From: Victivallaceae bacterium
Lineage (GTDB): Bacteria; Verrucomicrobiota; Lentisphaeria; Victivallales; Victivallaceae
Length of the DNA: 52,208 nucleotides
NCBI GenBank assembly: GCA_045605305.1
Contig: JAZUPS010000014.1
Span: 1 to 52,208 of the forward strand
Direction: 5' to 3'
The position numbers and the translations under genes were made by a program. The notes beneath the pieces are model-generated. The model worked only from the letters and a program-made list of their open reading frames with translations. It was not told where the DNA came from and searched no databases. Below, one piece after another: positions 51,038-52,208 of this stretch (its first letter is position 1; the number at the start of each line of letters is the position of its first letter).

Positions 51038-52208
51038 ATGGGTGCAGATGAAAGATTTTATCCCGGCACCAGCCGGATAACAGAAATAGAAAGTTTTCAC
51101 CGTTACCATGCGGCGGCATCGTTGTGTGTCGGCTGCTCGGTGCTGGATGCCGCAAGCGGTGAAGGTTACGGTTCCAACATCCTTGCGGAAAAAGCGGCAA
51201 AAGTTACCGGTCTGGATCTTTGCTCAGAGGCGGTGGATAATGCCAATGAGAAGTACGGCAGCAGCAAACTTGCCTATGTCAATGGCAGTGCCTTGCAGAT
51301 GCCCTTTGCCGACAAAAGTTTTGACCGGGTGGTATCTTTTGAGACCATTGAACATCTGCCGGATCACCGGAAATTTCTCAGCGAGATCCGCCGGGTGCTG
51401 AAAGATGACGGCATACTCATACTTTCATCTCCCAATAAAACCCCTTTCCGTCAGCGTAATCAGGGAGAAAACGAGTACCATATCACAGAGCTGGAAGCCG
51501 ATGAATTGCAAACTCTGCTCAAAGATTTCTTTCCCGAATTGCGGTTTTACAATCAGGATGCCTTTTACAATTCGGTGATAACTGCTGACGGAGTGCCGTT
51601 CTTCTATGTCCAAAATCAGCAAAAACAGGTGGTCAAGCATGTCAATCTGGTTCAGGCGCAATACTCTCTGGTACTGGCATCTGCCCGGAAACTTCCGGAA
51701 CTTGCCTCAAGTTTTTATCTTGATGCCGCCTGGGACAGCAAGCGCGGTTATGTGATTGATGATGAAGCCGTTGTCAATCAATTCGGTTTGCGGGGAGAAT
51801 TTGAAAAAAAGTATGCTGAATGTGAAAATCAGCGTTCCATGCTGGCGGAAAAAGAGCAGGCATTGAATAAAGAATCTGCCAAAAGCGACTACCTCTATGA
51901 GCGGTGCAGCGGTCTGGATGAAAAGTTGATTTCAGAAAGTGCCAAAAGCGAATATCTTTTTGATAAGTGCAATACATTGGAAAAAAATCTTGCCGGTGAA
52001 GTGGAAAAAAATCTCTCTCTTTCCCGGGAACACGCGGAATTGGAAAAGAAACTGGCAGTAGAAACAGAAAAAAATTCCCAACTTTTCGATGCTAAAAGTG
52101 AAGTTGAGGAAAAATTCGCCAGAGAGGTGGAAAAAAGCGAATATCTCTTCCGGGAACACGCGGAATTGGAAAAGAAACTGAGCGCCGAAGAGGAAAAGAG
52201 CTTGTACC
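51038..52208 (+). CDS. class I SAM-dependent methyltransferase fused to a repetitive coiled coil (WbdD-like candidate), 3'-truncated by the window end
   Basis: Not in the ORF track because it runs off the window. I translated it by hand: MGADERFYPGTSRITEIESFHRYHAAASLCVGCSVLDAASGEGYGSNILAEKAAKVTGLDL...FDRVVSFETIEHLPD...LKDDGILILSSPNK. This is followed by repeats SAKSDYLYERCSGLDEKL / SAKSEYLFDKCNTLEKNL / VEKSEYLFREHAELEKKL. Confidence 0.8.
   Translation, partial: MGADERFYPGTSRITEIESFHRYHAAASLCVGCSVLDAASGEGYGSNILAEKAAKVTGLDLCSEAVDNANEKYGSSKLAYVNGSALQMPFADKSFDRVVSFETIEHLPDHRKFLSEIRRVLKDDGILILSSPNKTPFRQRNQGENEYHITELEADELQTLLKDFFPELRFYNQDAFYNSVITADGVPFFYVQNQQKQVVKHVNLVQAQYSLVLASARKLPELASSFYLDAAWDSKRGYVIDDEAVVNQFGLRGEFEKKYAECENQRSMLAEKEQALNKESAKSDYLYERCSGLDEKLISESAKSEYLFDKCNTLEKNLAGEVEKNLSLSREHAELEKKLAVETEKNSQLFDAKSEVEEKFAREVEKSEYLFREHAELEKKLSAEEEKSLY

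Noticed and set aside
51108-51401. 97-aa track ORF in the last kilobase
   Set aside because: Wrong frame. The frame starting at the ATG at 51038 gives an uninterrupted SAM-methyltransferase plus coiled coil to the window end and explains the region.

Overview
52.2-kb window with about 40 protein-coding genes. I see no rRNA, tRNA, CRISPR array, integrase or transposase. All family calls come from motif recognition in the supplied translations and my own reading of the DNA; no searches or folding programs were run. My guess at the source is an anaerobic PVC-superphylum bacterium (Lentisphaerota/Victivallales-like), based on an H-X9-DG pseudopilin-like protein, a reverse rubrerythrin, Bat-type genes and CAZyme content.

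Layout:
(i) 336-4417: CBM9-like protein, NUDIX hydrolase, uvrA.
(ii) 4427-13010: an accessory-looking block. It holds a minus-strand operon of two acidic-tailed pentapeptide-repeat paralogs, a tandem AAA+ ATPase and a GGCT/AIG2 fusion protein. Upstream lie a 2.6-copy tandem repeat of ~170 nt with hairpins that only work on the minus strand, a 49-aa ORF missing from the track (GG-motif peptide) and two tiny membrane ORFs. A translationally coupled sigma-70-family factor and Ser/Thr kinase pair is divergently transcribed.
(iii) 13020-16348: SDR, GC-rich REP-like repeats, reverse rubrerythrin, nitroreductase, AraC.
(iv) 16482-22771: GH92, a pseudopilin-like protein with an in-frame hairpin insertion, and a 1109-aa CBM9-containing protein.
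(v) 22864-26859: hypothetical protein, HExxH membrane protein, MATE, sugar isomerase.
(vi) 26975-33033: fused Bat-like genes plus thioredoxin and DsbD.
(vii) 33244-37240: zinc-ribbon/coiled-coil protein, AlbA_2 (Schlafen-like) protein and DinG helicase, translationally coupled.
(viii) 37708-52208: surface-glycan locus with GT, RgpF-like protein, epimerase, a leaderless AIDA-like/FG-GAP giant protein, LtaS-like protein, Wzm/Wzt, and a WbdD-like methyltransferase/coiled-coil protein that runs off the window.

The best candidate for an undescribed system is block (ii). The AlbA_2-DinG operon is the second candidate.
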